Under the pieces are notes generated by a model. The model was given only the letters and a program-made list of their open reading frames with translations. It made no database searches and was not told where the DNA came from. Of a DNA stretch of 64,000 nucleotides, positions 1 to 9,132 are shown one piece after another; position 1 is the stretch's first letter; each line of letters opens with the position of its first letter. This DNA is from Candidatus Bathyarchaeota archaeon. Lineage in GTDB: Archaea > Thermoproteota > Bathyarchaeia > Bathyarchaeales > Bathycorpusculaceae. The position numbers and the translations under genes are program-made. The stretch spans positions 512,001 to 576,000 of the forward strand of contig CAWHVC010000005.1 of the NCBI GenBank assembly GCA_963832745.1, in the 5' to 3' direction.

Positions 1-231
1 GTTGACCCTGCACATTTAGAAGCAGCATGCAAGCAGTTGGCGGGGTTTGAAGAAACGCAGTACCTGTTTAGGAGCACTGGCGAGTATGATGTTGTTTCGA
101 TGATTTTGGCTCGTGACATGGAGCACCTTAACGAGTTGGTTAAACGTACAAAAATGATTGCAGGGGTTAAGGATGCGCGGTTGTCTGTTACGACCAAGAT
201 GCTAAAGTTTGCGCCGACTATTGAGCTTTAA
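1..231 (+). CDS. Lrp/AsnC family regulator, C-terminal ligand-binding domain (5'-partial)
   Basis: Frame is open from base 1; 'STGEYDVVSMILARDMEHLNELV' is typical of the AsnC RAM domain. Confidence 0.8.
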   Translation, partial: VDPAHLEAACKQLAGFEETQYLFRSTGEYDVVSMILARDMEHLNELVKRTKMIAGVKDARLSVTTKMLKFAPTIEL

Positions 232-362
232 CTTGCCTGCTGTGTTGCGGATTCAGCAATAAACAGGTTATAAGCCAGATGCTTCCGCAAGATTAATACA
301 TGTAACTGCACATGTTACAACAGTTTAACCCACTGCCGGTTAAGGCTTCAGGAGACAAGTTT

Positions 363-884
363 ATGACAGCAAAATCAACCCTTGGCCAATGTTATAAAAA
401 ACCCCACCCACCCCAAATAGACGACGCCGACAAACAAATCCTACAATTACTTCAAGAAGACTTCCCATTAGTTGAACAACCATGGAAAGAACTAAGCAGT
501 AAAACCGGCATACCTGAAAACCAACTTATCAACCGTATTGAAAAACTGCAGGCAACAGGCGTATTAAGGAAAATCGGTCCCATAGTCGACCCCACAAAAG
601 TCGGCTACACCTCAGCAACGTTAGTCGCACTGCGTGTTCCCGAAAGTAAAGTTGATGCTGTAGCCGCAATCATTAACCAGTACAACAACATCTCACACAA
701 TTATGAGCGGGAACATGAATACAATGTTTGGTTCACATTGGTCACAAAAACCATGCAGGAATTAACCAGCACGTTAAGTGAGATACTGCAAAAAACGGGT
801 TTAAGCCAAAATGACGTTTTGAATTTGCCTACGGCTCAACGTTTCAAGATTAATGTAAACTTGCAATTAACCACCAGTTTTTAG
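363..884 (+). CDS. ahbA: Siroheme decarboxylase subunit alpha (AhbA/NirD-like)
   Basis: Lrp-like fold 'LQEDFPLVEQPW', 'SHNYEREHEYNVWFT'; first gene of ahb cluster; ATG at 363 preferred over 312. Confidence 0.88.
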   Translation: MTAKSTLGQCYKKPHPPQIDDADKQILQLLQEDFPLVEQPWKELSSKTGIPENQLINRIEKLQATGVLRKIGPIVDPTKVGYTSATLVALRVPESKVDAVAAIINQYNNISHNYEREHEYNVWFTLVTKTMQELTSTLSEILQKTGLSQNDVLNLPTAQRFKINVNLQLTTSF

Positions 885-896
885 GAGAAAAAACTT

Positions 897-1370
897 TTGG
901 ACAAAATTGACGAATTCTTACTTTCAGAATTAAACCATGGAATCCCCCTAACCACGCAACCGTTTAACAGCATCGCAGCAAAAATCGGTGTCTCACCCAA
1001 CGAAGTCTTAACGCGATTGACAAAACTAAAGGAGTCAGGCGTGATTAGGCGGTTTGGAGCCAGCATAAAACCTAACGATGTTGGACTTACGGCTAATGCG
1101 GTTATCGCTTGGAATGTGCCAATGGAACGGGTTAACGAAGTGGGCGTATACTTGTCGTCTTTTCGAGAAGTAACACATTGTTATGAACGCCAGTCGGTTC
1201 CTGAACGGTGGGAATACAATCTCTACACCGTAATGCATGCGCAGGAACGCCAGTCAATAGAACAATTAACAAAACTGCTTGCCGAAACCATCGGCATCCA
1301 AAACTACGTTATCCTTTACAGTAAACGTGACCTTAAAAACGGCAAAATCCAACAGGAGCATCAACAATGA
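897..1370 (+). CDS. ahbB: Siroheme decarboxylase subunit beta (AhbB/NirH-like)
   Basis: 'GIPLTTQPF', 'VTHCYER...WEYNLYTVMH' motifs; operon context. Confidence 0.88.
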   Translation: MDKIDEFLLSELNHGIPLTTQPFNSIAAKIGVSPNEVLTRLTKLKESGVIRRFGASIKPNDVGLTANAVIAWNVPMERVNEVGVYLSSFREVTHCYERQSVPERWEYNLYTVMHAQERQSIEQLTKLLAETIGIQNYVILYSKRDLKNGKIQQEHQQ

Positions 1371-2512
1371 TAACCCTCACAAAACTGTGGTGCAACCAAC
1401 CCGGCTCAATGGATCAACTTCGTTACAGCCGCACTGCACACCAACGCCCTGTAGTAGTCTGGAGCACTACAAGGCAATGTAACCTGCATTGTATGCACTG
1501 CTATTCAAAATCAGAAAACAAAACCTACCAAAACGAGCTTACCAATGAAGAAGCAAAACGCTTCATAGCCGACCTTGCCGAGTTTAAAGTTCCAGTCTTG
1601 CTGTTTTCAGGCGGGGAACCGATGATGCGCAGTGACCTCTTCGAATTAGCCAAATTAGCTTCTGATTCAGGCATTCACCCTGTAATGTCAACTAACGGCA
1701 CCCTAATCACAAAAGAAGCGGCAGAACAAATTAAACAAGTTGGTTTTGACTACGTTGGCGTAAGCTTAGACGGCGTTGGTGAAACCAACAACCGTTTCCG
1801 AGGCGCCCCAGACGCGTTTGAAAAAGCCGTTGAAGGCATCCACAACTGCATGGCTACAGGGATAAAAACTGGTTTACGTTTAACAGTCAGCAAATATAAC
1901 ATTGCTGATGTTCCAGCAATTTTTGACTTCATAGAAAAAGAAAAAATTCCGCGTGCCTGCTTTTACCATTTAGCTTATGTTGGCAGGGGTACAAGCATAG
2001 CCAAAGATGACTTAACACATGAGCAAACCCGCCAATTCATGGATATGCTGCTATCTAAAGCTGAAGAGTTCCAAAAGAAAGGTTTGGATACTGAAATCTT
2101 AACCGTTGACAACCACGCCGACGCCGCATATATTTACCTGAAAATAAAAGAAAAAGACCCAAAGCGCGCCGAACAAGTTATGCAACTACTAAAACTTAAC
2201 GGCGGCAACAGTTCAGGCCGCGGCATTGCCTGCGTCGACTTCAATGGCTACGTGCATCCTGACCAGTTCTGGCAACACTATAGCCTCGGCAACATCCGTG
2301 AACGAAAATTCAGCGAAATCTGGACTACCCAATCCGAACCCCTGCTAAATCAGTTAAAAAACAGAAAAGACCTCCTAACAGGCAAATGCAGCAGCTGCCG
2401 TTTCCTAAACATTTGTAATGGGAACCTGCGTGTTAGGGCAGAAGCAGTTTACGGTGACGTTTGGGCTCCCGACCCGGCCTGCTACCTGACCGAAAAAGAA
2501 ATACAGGCTTGA
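1367..2512 (+). CDS. ahbC: Radical SAM 12,18-didecarboxysiroheme deacetylase (Fe-coproporphyrin III synthase)
   Basis: CxxxCxxC (CNLHCMHC), 'LTVDNHAD', 'VHPDQFW', SPASM cysteines, 'DPACYL'. Confidence 0.92.
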   Translation: MITLTKLWCNQPGSMDQLRYSRTAHQRPVVVWSTTRQCNLHCMHCYSKSENKTYQNELTNEEAKRFIADLAEFKVPVLLFSGGEPMMRSDLFELAKLASDSGIHPVMSTNGTLITKEAAEQIKQVGFDYVGVSLDGVGETNNRFRGAPDAFEKAVEGIHNCMATGIKTGLRLTVSKYNIADVPAIFDFIEKEKIPRACFYHLAYVGRGTSIAKDDLTHEQTRQFMDMLLSKAEEFQKKGLDTEILTVDNHADAAYIYLKIKEKDPKRAEQVMQLLKLNGGNSSGRGIACVDFNGYVHPDQFWQHYSLGNIRERKFSEIWTTQSEPLLNQLKNRKDLLTGKCSSCRFLNICNGNLRVRAEAVYGDVWAPDPACYLTEKEIQA

Positions 2513-2517
2513 ACCCG

Positions 2518-3564
2518 ATGACCACACAGCCTAGCCACACAAACCCAGCTGCGTTGGCGCCCCGCGTTGTCGCTTGGGAATCCACCCGCGCCTGCAACTA
2601 CGCCTGCCAACACTGCCGTGCAACCGCCCAAAAACAGGCTGACCCAAACCAGTTAACCACCAAAGAAGCACTTGACATGGTGGACCAAATCGCAGCATTC
2701 TGCAAACCCATCTTGATTATTAGCGGCGGCGACCCCTTGCTACGAGGAGACATTTTTGAAGTTGCCAAATACGCCACCGACAAGGGTTTGCGGGTTGTTA
2801 TGTCTCCAAGCGGCAGCAACATCACCCTATCGGTTATCGAAAAAATGAAAGCTTCAGGCACCAAGATGATTTCTTTAAGCTTGGACGGCGCAACAGCGGC
2901 GGTTCATGACGGTTTCCGCATGGTTCCAGGCGCATTTGACTTGGCAATGCATAACATGAAGCTGGCGCGTGAAAATCAGATGCCTTTCCGAATTAACACA
3001 ACGGTAACCCAGCACAACCTTGCAGATTTACCTAACATTTTAAAGTTGGCAGAGCAAGTTGGCGCTGTTGAATGGGACGTTTTCATGCTGGTGCCAACTG
3101 GTAGAGGAAAAATTCAGATGGAAATATCACCAGACCAGTATGAAGAAACACTCCAATCTGTTTACCAATCAAGTTTAACTTCGGCGATTCCAATCAAAGT
3201 CACTTGCGCTCCACAATACAGCCGAATCGTAGCCCAACACGTACAAGCTAATCCTGAAAGTAAGGGTAGACACGGCGGGAGAGGTTGCATGGCAGGCAAC
3301 GGATTCTGCTTCATATCTCACATTGGTGAGGTTTACGGTTGCGGGTTTTTGCCAATCAAAGCAGGCAATATAAGACAACAAAACTTCCGAGAAATCTATC
3401 AAAACGCGTCACTTTTCAAGCAACTTCGTGACCACACCCTGTTAAAAGAAAAGTGTGGCATATGCAACTTTAAAGCTACTTGCGGGGGATGCCGTGCAAG
3501 GGCTTATTCCATACGGAAAGACTTTTTGGAAGAAGAACCCTTCTGCAATTATCACCCTTTTTAG
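2518..3564 (+). CDS. ahbD: Radical SAM AdoMet-dependent heme synthase
   Basis: 'VAWESTRACNYACQHCRA', 'LVPTGRG', 'TCAPQY', 'GCMAG', SPASM domain. Confidence 0.88.
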   Translation: MTTQPSHTNPAALAPRVVAWESTRACNYACQHCRATAQKQADPNQLTTKEALDMVDQIAAFCKPILIISGGDPLLRGDIFEVAKYATDKGLRVVMSPSGSNITLSVIEKMKASGTKMISLSLDGATAAVHDGFRMVPGAFDLAMHNMKLARENQMPFRINTTVTQHNLADLPNILKLAEQVGAVEWDVFMLVPTGRGKIQMEISPDQYEETLQSVYQSSLTSAIPIKVTCAPQYSRIVAQHVQANPESKGRHGGRGCMAGNGFCFISHIGEVYGCGFLPIKAGNIRQQNFREIYQNASLFKQLRDHTLLKEKCGICNFKATCGGCRARAYSIRKDFLEEEPFCNYHPF

Positions 3565-3571
3565 AATCAGC

Positions 3572-3802
3572 CTATTTTTTGTTTGAAGATTTGCCTTGTC
3601 CAGCTATTTCACAATTGTTTAGGCTATTGCTGAATTGGGCATAAATTTGGTCTTTTAAACTTCTGGCAAACTCTATAAAGTTGCCTCTACACTCAGCTGA
3701 ACAAAAAGAGAGGTCTTTTAAGTTACCATCGAAAACATAAGTGAGATTGCAAGAGTTTTTTGTTAATGGCTTCTTGCAGTACACACATTCTTTTTCTGAC
3801 AT
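3572..3802 (-). CDS. Small TRASH/YHS-like metal-binding protein
   Basis: CxxC...FCSxxC pattern. Confidence 0.6.
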   Translation of the reverse strand: MSEKECVYCKKPLTKNSCNLTYVFDGNLKDLSFCSAECRGNFIEFARSLKDQIYAQFSNSLNNCEIAGQGKSSNKK

Positions 3803-3888
3803 TTACAACCATTTCCTATGGATATGTTATTGCGAATTGAGGTTTATTGGTTTATGTTATGAACCAAAAGCAGGCGCATATTTGGAGA

Positions 3889-3976
3889 CTATTAGGAATC
3901 CTAATAGTTAATCTATGCAGAAACTATAGAGGGGTAGGTCCTAACGGTTCAGAAGCAAGCCAAAAGTATGTTGAAA
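3889..3976 (+). repeat. Dispersed ~95 bp repeat family A, copy 1
   Basis: ctattaggaatcctaatag...tctatgcagaaactatagaggggtaggtcctaa...tatgttgaaa aligns by eye with copies at 31208, 44483 and 56603. Confidence 0.85.
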
Positions 3977-4038
3977 TTTGGCTTCATAAAGCTTAATAGC
4001 GTCTTACTACAGCATACAATACTTTAAGGTTTAACTCT

Positions 4039-4329
4039 ATGAATAGATGGCTAAAAATTATTCTTCCTACAATCTTGTCAGCACTCATAGTTGCTCTTTT
4101 GCTTATAATCTCTGGTCTTGGCACAATATCACTTATCGACGTCAACAATGACATCGTCACTAAGACGGTTGTTGCGTTGGACGTAAACACTTTTGCCACA
4201 TTAATGATTGCGGGCGTAGCCTTGACAGTACTGTTTACAAGCTTAGTAGTCAGCAGTACCGACAAAACAGCACCTGCACCACAACAGATACAAACTCAAA
4301 CACCAAGCACAGAACAAATCCAACCATAA
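4039..4329 (+). CDS. Small two-TM membrane protein, hypothetical
   Basis: Two hydrophobic segments and a Q/T/P-rich tail. Confidence 0.65.
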   Translation: MNRWLKIILPTILSALIVALLLIISGLGTISLIDVNNDIVTKTVVALDVNTFATLMIAGVALTVLFTSLVVSSTDKTAPAPQQIQTQTPSTEQIQP

Positions 4330-4339
4330 ACCTAACAAT

Positions 4340-4680
4340 CTTATTTTTTCTTGAAAAAGAACACGCCATAATTCTTGTAAAGCTCAAGTCGTTCAAGCCT
4401 AAAATCGGCGGTTTCAATACATGCCTGAACACTGGAGACATTGGTTTTCGCTTTCTTGAGCACCTCAACTGAAAGGCCAACTGCAATAATCTGCCCTACA
4501 CGCTTAGCCAACTCAACAGTGAAAAATCCGGGTCAACAGCCCAAAATCCATAACAGTTTCATTTCCAGACAGGGAAACTTTTTCTCAACCAGTAGAGAGG
4601 GCTGTTCAGATAAACGCCTAAAAAGATTATTCTAAAAACCAAGCGCCTGAAGCAGAATACACCTGCTCTTTATGTGACAT
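4340..4680 (-). pseudogene. Degraded class I SAM-dependent methyltransferase
   Basis: Joining frames gives MSHKEQVYSASGAWFL...ETVMDFG(CG)PGFFTVELAKRVGQIIAV...LKKAK, i.e. motif I with stops and frameshifts; 3' end approximate. Confidence 0.65.
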
Positions 4681-5359
4681 AGCTTTTGATAGTTGACAAT
4701 GCAGTTTTTGCTTTTAAACTTAGTTTAGAAAAATTGGGTTCTATCGAGGCGACGATTTTTTGTATTTTTTGGGTAAAACGTTAAGTTGATCAGTTTTTGA
4801 CAGTACGGCTGATGGGGGAATCATTAGCGTGGAGTCTTGGGGGTTAACAGGTTGAATTTCTGTTTGTGCTTTCATTATTTGGTTTGATTCTTCTTTAGCC
4901 AAACAGCATTACCATTCAAATATTTCGGGTTGAAAGATAAAAAACCATGTGACTACAAAAAAGAAGCAACTTGCAAAAAAAGAGGATTTGCCAAAAGTTT
5001 CAAGGTTACCTTTTATTTTTCATGTGCGCATGACTACAGTGTTTTTCGTAATCTTCGCGAGTGTTAAAAACGCGGTTGTCTGCGCCACATTGAAATCGTC
5101 CATCAGAAGTTATTATAGGATCGATAATGTGCGTGTCACGAGACAAAAAATCACCTCCAACACTCAAAGAACAAAACTATATTTTCAACAAGAACAAATA
5201 AGTTTATGTGATTGTCAATTATCAACAATTAAACCAGAACGTTTGTTTTGTAGATTGTTGTTGTATCGATACAGTCACAAGTTCTTTTATTTTTCAATCG
5301 CCCTTAATGGGAATAATAGAAACGGACTGTAACAAGTCCAAAAACGAGTGGAGAAGTAA

Positions 5360-5443
5360 CGGTTAACAAGCTTGGAAGCGTTACAGCGCTTTATCCCCCT
5401 CTCTCTTCCTAAAAGGCTGTACCGCCTATGGGCTAATTAACCG
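5360..5443. other. Long imperfect hairpin upstream of tfs (candidate structured leader or sRNA)
   Basis: Stems CGGTTAA/TTAACCG, GCG/CGC, TACAGC/GCTGTA, CTTT/AAAG closing a CT-rich loop. Confidence 0.45.
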
Positions 5444-5490
5444 CCAATTCTTCAAAAAATAGACTACGGGAAAAGGGAGTGCAAAAAAGT

Positions 5491-5841
5491 ATGGAATTTT
5501 GTGAAAAATGTGGTTCGCGTCTTGTTCCAAGAAAAATCAATTCAGGCAATCAAACAATGTTGATGCTTGTATGCAACAAGTGCCAGTACAAGAAACCAGA
5601 ATCTGAAGAGGAATTAATCAGGACCAATAGCAAGATAATCGAACATGGACCTAAACAGTACGTTGCAGTAATAAGCAAAGAAGCTCAGTTAAACACGATG
5701 CCAACAGTTCATATAGAGTGTCCAAGATGCGGCAACAACACCGCAAACGTTTGGCAAGTCCAAACCCGAGGCTCCGATGAATCCTCAACTCAATTTCTAA
5801 GGTGCACAAACTGCAACTACACTTTTAGGGAATACACCTAA
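5491..5841 (+). CDS. tfs: Transcription factor S (TFS/RpoM)
   Basis: Two Zn ribbons (MEFCEKCG; CPRCG...QTRGSDE...CTNC) with the catalytic DE pair. Confidence 0.95.
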   Translation: MEFCEKCGSRLVPRKINSGNQTMLMLVCNKCQYKKPESEEELIRTNSKIIEHGPKQYVAVISKEAQLNTMPTVHIECPRCGNNTANVWQVQTRGSDESSTQFLRCTNCNYTFREYT

Positions 5842-5905
5842 ACCTTCTCTTCTTTCACGATTTTAACTAAAAATAAACTTTAAACCTGAACGGTTTTTTG
5901 GGTAC

Positions 5906-6046
5906 ATGCCAATCTTTCAATGCACAAAATGCGGTAAAAAAGTAAGAACAGAATATGACCTCTCCTGCACTGGTGACGTTAAACGTAACGTGGAAAAACC
6001 GCCAGAATGCTGTGGCAAACCTATGATTGAAATAATCGACGACTAA
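5906..6046 (+). CDS. Cys-rich Zn-binding microprotein (46 aa), below ORF-track cutoff
   Basis: MPIFQCTKCGKK...PPECCGKPMIEIIDD; CxxCG...CCGKPM resembles desulforedoxin-type metal sites; TATA-like tttaaa upstream. Confidence 0.7.
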   Translation: MPIFQCTKCGKKVRTEYDLSCTGDVKRNVEKPPECCGKPMIEIIDD

Positions 6047-6053
6047 AACTGTT

Positions 6054-6860
6054 TTACATTGGCTTTAGAGTTGACTTACGCCACAGGTTATCAAAATAGT
6101 TCATGGCCATAATCAACATGTTTTGATTATTAGTCCATAAAGCCGGAGAATCACGCAAGTCAACGGGGTCTTCTATTACAATGACTTCTTTTTTGTCAAA
6201 GATTGCAAGCATCGCCTTGGGTTTAGTTTGAATATACCGTAAAGTATACGAGTCTTCTTTGAATTTTTTAATTAAATCCAAACTATTTCGGTTAGAGGGC
6301 TGCTCTAGTATACAGCGTTTTGGCACTTTAGGGTTTAATTTTTCTGGAATGGCGTCGTATACGAATTCGGAAAAGAAGTCCCAAGATATGGTAAGGTCTA
6401 TTGATTCATGAGCGTTTTCAATGGATTTTATCGCGTTCTTTATAACTTGTTCTTTATGCGGAATTAAAACTATTCCTGATTTGTTTTTTATTTTTTCGCA
6501 TTTTTCCTTGTTAGAGCTTACCGATTTGGCTATATCTTGTTGAGGCTGAATTTTTCTTTGCAACAAAAACTTTAACGCTTGGTCCGCTGAAACTGCTTTG
6601 AATTTTATATAAGGTTTAACGGTTTTTTCTACTAATCCTAACTCGTAGAGTTTAAGCAGTATGCAATATGTATCTGACGGGTTTACTTTTAGCTGTTTAG
6701 CTATTTCAACTACACTTGAAGGTCCAAATCTGGCTAAAGTGAAGTAGATTTTTGCCTGTTGGCTGTTTAGCCCCAAATTCATTAGTGTTTGAACTTCTGT
6801 AGCTTGAAACGTCAATTCCAACCGCCTCTCCAAAGAATGACTTAGCTCATGAAGAAGCAT
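6054..6860 (-). CDS. TrmB family transcriptional regulator
   Basis: N-terminal 'LMNLGLNSQQAKIYFTL' wHTH; C-terminal PLD-like 'IFDKKEV...ALWTNN...YFDNLW'; start uncertain. Confidence 0.85.
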   Translation of the reverse strand: MLLHELSHSLERRLELTFQATEVQTLMNLGLNSQQAKIYFTLARFGPSSVVEIAKQLKVNPSDTYCILLKLYELGLVEKTVKPYIKFKAVSADQALKFLLQRKIQPQQDIAKSVSSNKEKCEKIKNKSGIVLIPHKEQVIKNAIKSIENAHESIDLTISWDFFSEFVYDAIPEKLNPKVPKRCILEQPSNRNSLDLIKKFKEDSYTLRYIQTKPKAMLAIFDKKEVIVIEDPVDLRDSPALWTNNQNMLIMAMNYFDNLWRKSTLKPM

Positions 6861-7069
6861 GCTTTATGCATAAAATTATGGTGGTAGTGCCTCTACCTAC
6901 AATTCTATATTAGCCAGGTTGCTTGAATAAAATCCTACTTTCCATCTAAAGAGTGCATCAAAAACAAACTGTAGGAAACAGGGGCTGAATGGACTTCACA
7001 CATTTCGATCGTATTAGCTACAGTTTTGCATTCTTTTCTCCTTAGTAATGTGAAGCCCAGCAAACCCTG

Positions 7070-9043
7070 CTACTTCACTTTTTCCAGCCGCAAAGTATTC
7101 AGCAAAAGCAACATAGTTACTCCATCATCGCCTGCAGCAACAGTGAACCACAACGGAGTCAACCCCAACAGTCCCAGCCCACCTAAAACGAATTTTATCA
7201 CAAGCGAAGCCCCAATATTCTGTTTAGCAACAACCATTGCCTTCTGACTTAACTTGATAAGGTATGGAATTTGCGATAACTCATCATTCACCAAAACAAT
7301 ATCAGCCGACTCCAAAGCCACATCCACACCTTTGGCGCCCATAGCTATGCCAACATCTGAGGTTGCAAGCGCCGGAGCATCATTAACGCCGTCACCAACC
7401 ATTGCAACCAAACCAGCCTCTTCAAGCTTAAGCGCTTCAACAAGACGCAGTTTATCCTCAGGAAACAACTCCGCATGAACCTCATCAATACCCAAAGTTT
7501 TTGCGATTTCTTGGGCAATTTCCGTTTTATCTCCCGTCAACATGGTAGTCTTAATATTAGCCTTTTTTAGCGATTGCACAGCACGCAGGGCATCTTCGCG
7601 CACTTCATCGGTAACGCAAACAGCGGCTAAACCTGCTTTGCCCACGGAAACACACACTGCAGTATGAATGTCGCCAGCTGTTATTTCAAAAGCTTCTGTG
7701 CAGTCACAGCCGAATTCCCGCATAAGTTCAACGTTCCCCACAGCTACGTGTTGACCATTAACTATTCCAACGATACCTTTGCCGGGGACCTCAAGGACAT
7801 CAGTTACTTTAAATTTTGCCAAGTCAACACCTTTTTCTAAGGCGCGCCGTGTGATTGCTTGGGCAACAGGATGGTTTGAGTACTGGTCAAGCGAGGCAGC
7901 GTACCCAAGCGCTTCTTCCTCATCTTTTGTGTTATCAACTCTACGCACTTCATGAACTGCCGGTCTACCCAAAGTGAGCGTGCCTGTTTTATCGAAGATT
8001 ACACGTTTAATTTTGGCAAGCTTTTCAACAAAGATTCCGCCTTTGATAATTACCCCTTTTTTAGCTGCAACAGTTATAGCGACAAAGATGGTTGCGGGAA
8101 CAGAAATTATGAAAGCGCTGGGACAGGACACAACAAGCAAAATAAGAGAACGGTAAAACCAAGTATCAAATGACCCGCCAAAAATAAGTGGCAACCCAAC
8201 AGCAGTAAAAACTGCAAGACCAATAACGATGGGAACATAAACGCGGGCAAACCTGTCCACAAGACGCTCGATTGAAGCTTTATGCTTTCCAGATTCAATA
8301 ACCAACTGCACAATGCGAGACACAAGGGTTTCGCTTGCTTTTTTAGTTACAGAAATCTTTAGCACTCCAGTCTGGTTTAACGTGCCAGCATAGACGACGT
8401 CGTTGACTTTTTTGGGCACTGGCACCGATTCGCCCGTAACCAAAGCTTGATCAACATGAGAGAAACCATCAATTACGTTGCCGTCCAAAGGAATCCGTTC
8501 ACCAGGCCGGACAAGCAGAACCGTTCCAGGCTCCACAGCATTAACAAAAGCGTCCTTAACCTGATTCTCGAATACAACATGCGCAACTTCAGGCATGAAT
8601 TTGGAAAGTTTTTCAACAGTTTTTCTTGCCCGGTCTTGAATGTAGCCTTCAAAGTATTCTGCAATACAATATAGCATTAGCACGGTAGCGGCTTCAAACC
8701 GGTAATCCAAGTAAAGTGCACCTAGACCAGCAACAGCCATCAAAAATTCGACACTGAAGCGTTTTTCAATTACAAGTTCCTTTATGCCTACGTATCCGAT
8801 GTAAATTGCCACAGTTAACACTGCAGCATAATAGAGGAACAACGAAACAGTAGCATCCAAGTTCAGCACAGGAACTGTGAAGCCTAAGGGTACTCCTGAA
8901 AAAAAGTTGTCAAGAACACCGCTGACAATGATTGTTACGGCAAGCCAAACAGCAAAAAATGTTAAAGCTTTCTTGTAGTGCTCTTCCTCGCCTATTACTT
9001 CTGTTTCTGTTTGGTTTCCAAAGGGCTCTTTGCTGGTTTCCAT
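7070..9043 (-). CDS. Heavy-metal P1B-type ATPase (Zn/Cd/Co) lacking an N-terminal metal-binding domain
   Basis: TGES, SCPS in the TM metal site, DKTGT, HP, GDGVNDAP. Confidence 0.93.
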   Translation of the reverse strand: METSKEPFGNQTETEVIGEEEHYKKALTFFAVWLAVTIIVSGVLDNFFSGVPLGFTVPVLNLDATVSLFLYYAAVLTVAIYIGYVGIKELVIEKRFSVEFLMAVAGLGALYLDYRFEAATVLMLYCIAEYFEGYIQDRARKTVEKLSKFMPEVAHVVFENQVKDAFVNAVEPGTVLLVRPGERIPLDGNVIDGFSHVDQALVTGESVPVPKKVNDVVYAGTLNQTGVLKISVTKKASETLVSRIVQLVIESGKHKASIERLVDRFARVYVPIVIGLAVFTAVGLPLIFGGSFDTWFYRSLILLVVSCPSAFIISVPATIFVAITVAAKKGVIIKGGIFVEKLAKIKRVIFDKTGTLTLGRPAVHEVRRVDNTKDEEEALGYAASLDQYSNHPVAQAITRRALEKGVDLAKFKVTDVLEVPGKGIVGIVNGQHVAVGNVELMREFGCDCTEAFEITAGDIHTAVCVSVGKAGLAAVCVTDEVREDALRAVQSLKKANIKTTMLTGDKTEIAQEIAKTLGIDEVHAELFPEDKLRLVEALKLEEAGLVAMVGDGVNDAPALATSDVGIAMGAKGVDVALESADIVLVNDELSQIPYLIKLSQKAMVVAKQNIGASLVIKFVLGGLGLLGLTPLWFTVAAGDDGVTMLLLLNTLRLEKVK

Positions 9044-9132
9044 TAAATAAACCGCCTACAAGACAAGCACAGAATTAACTATCTAAAACCAATAATCAAT
9101 GCGCTATAAAAGTAAAACAAAAAAGAAAAAGT

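Noticed and set aside
4949-5332. 127 aa ORF upstream of tfs
   Set aside because: No recognisable motif; composition typical of AT-rich intergenic DNA
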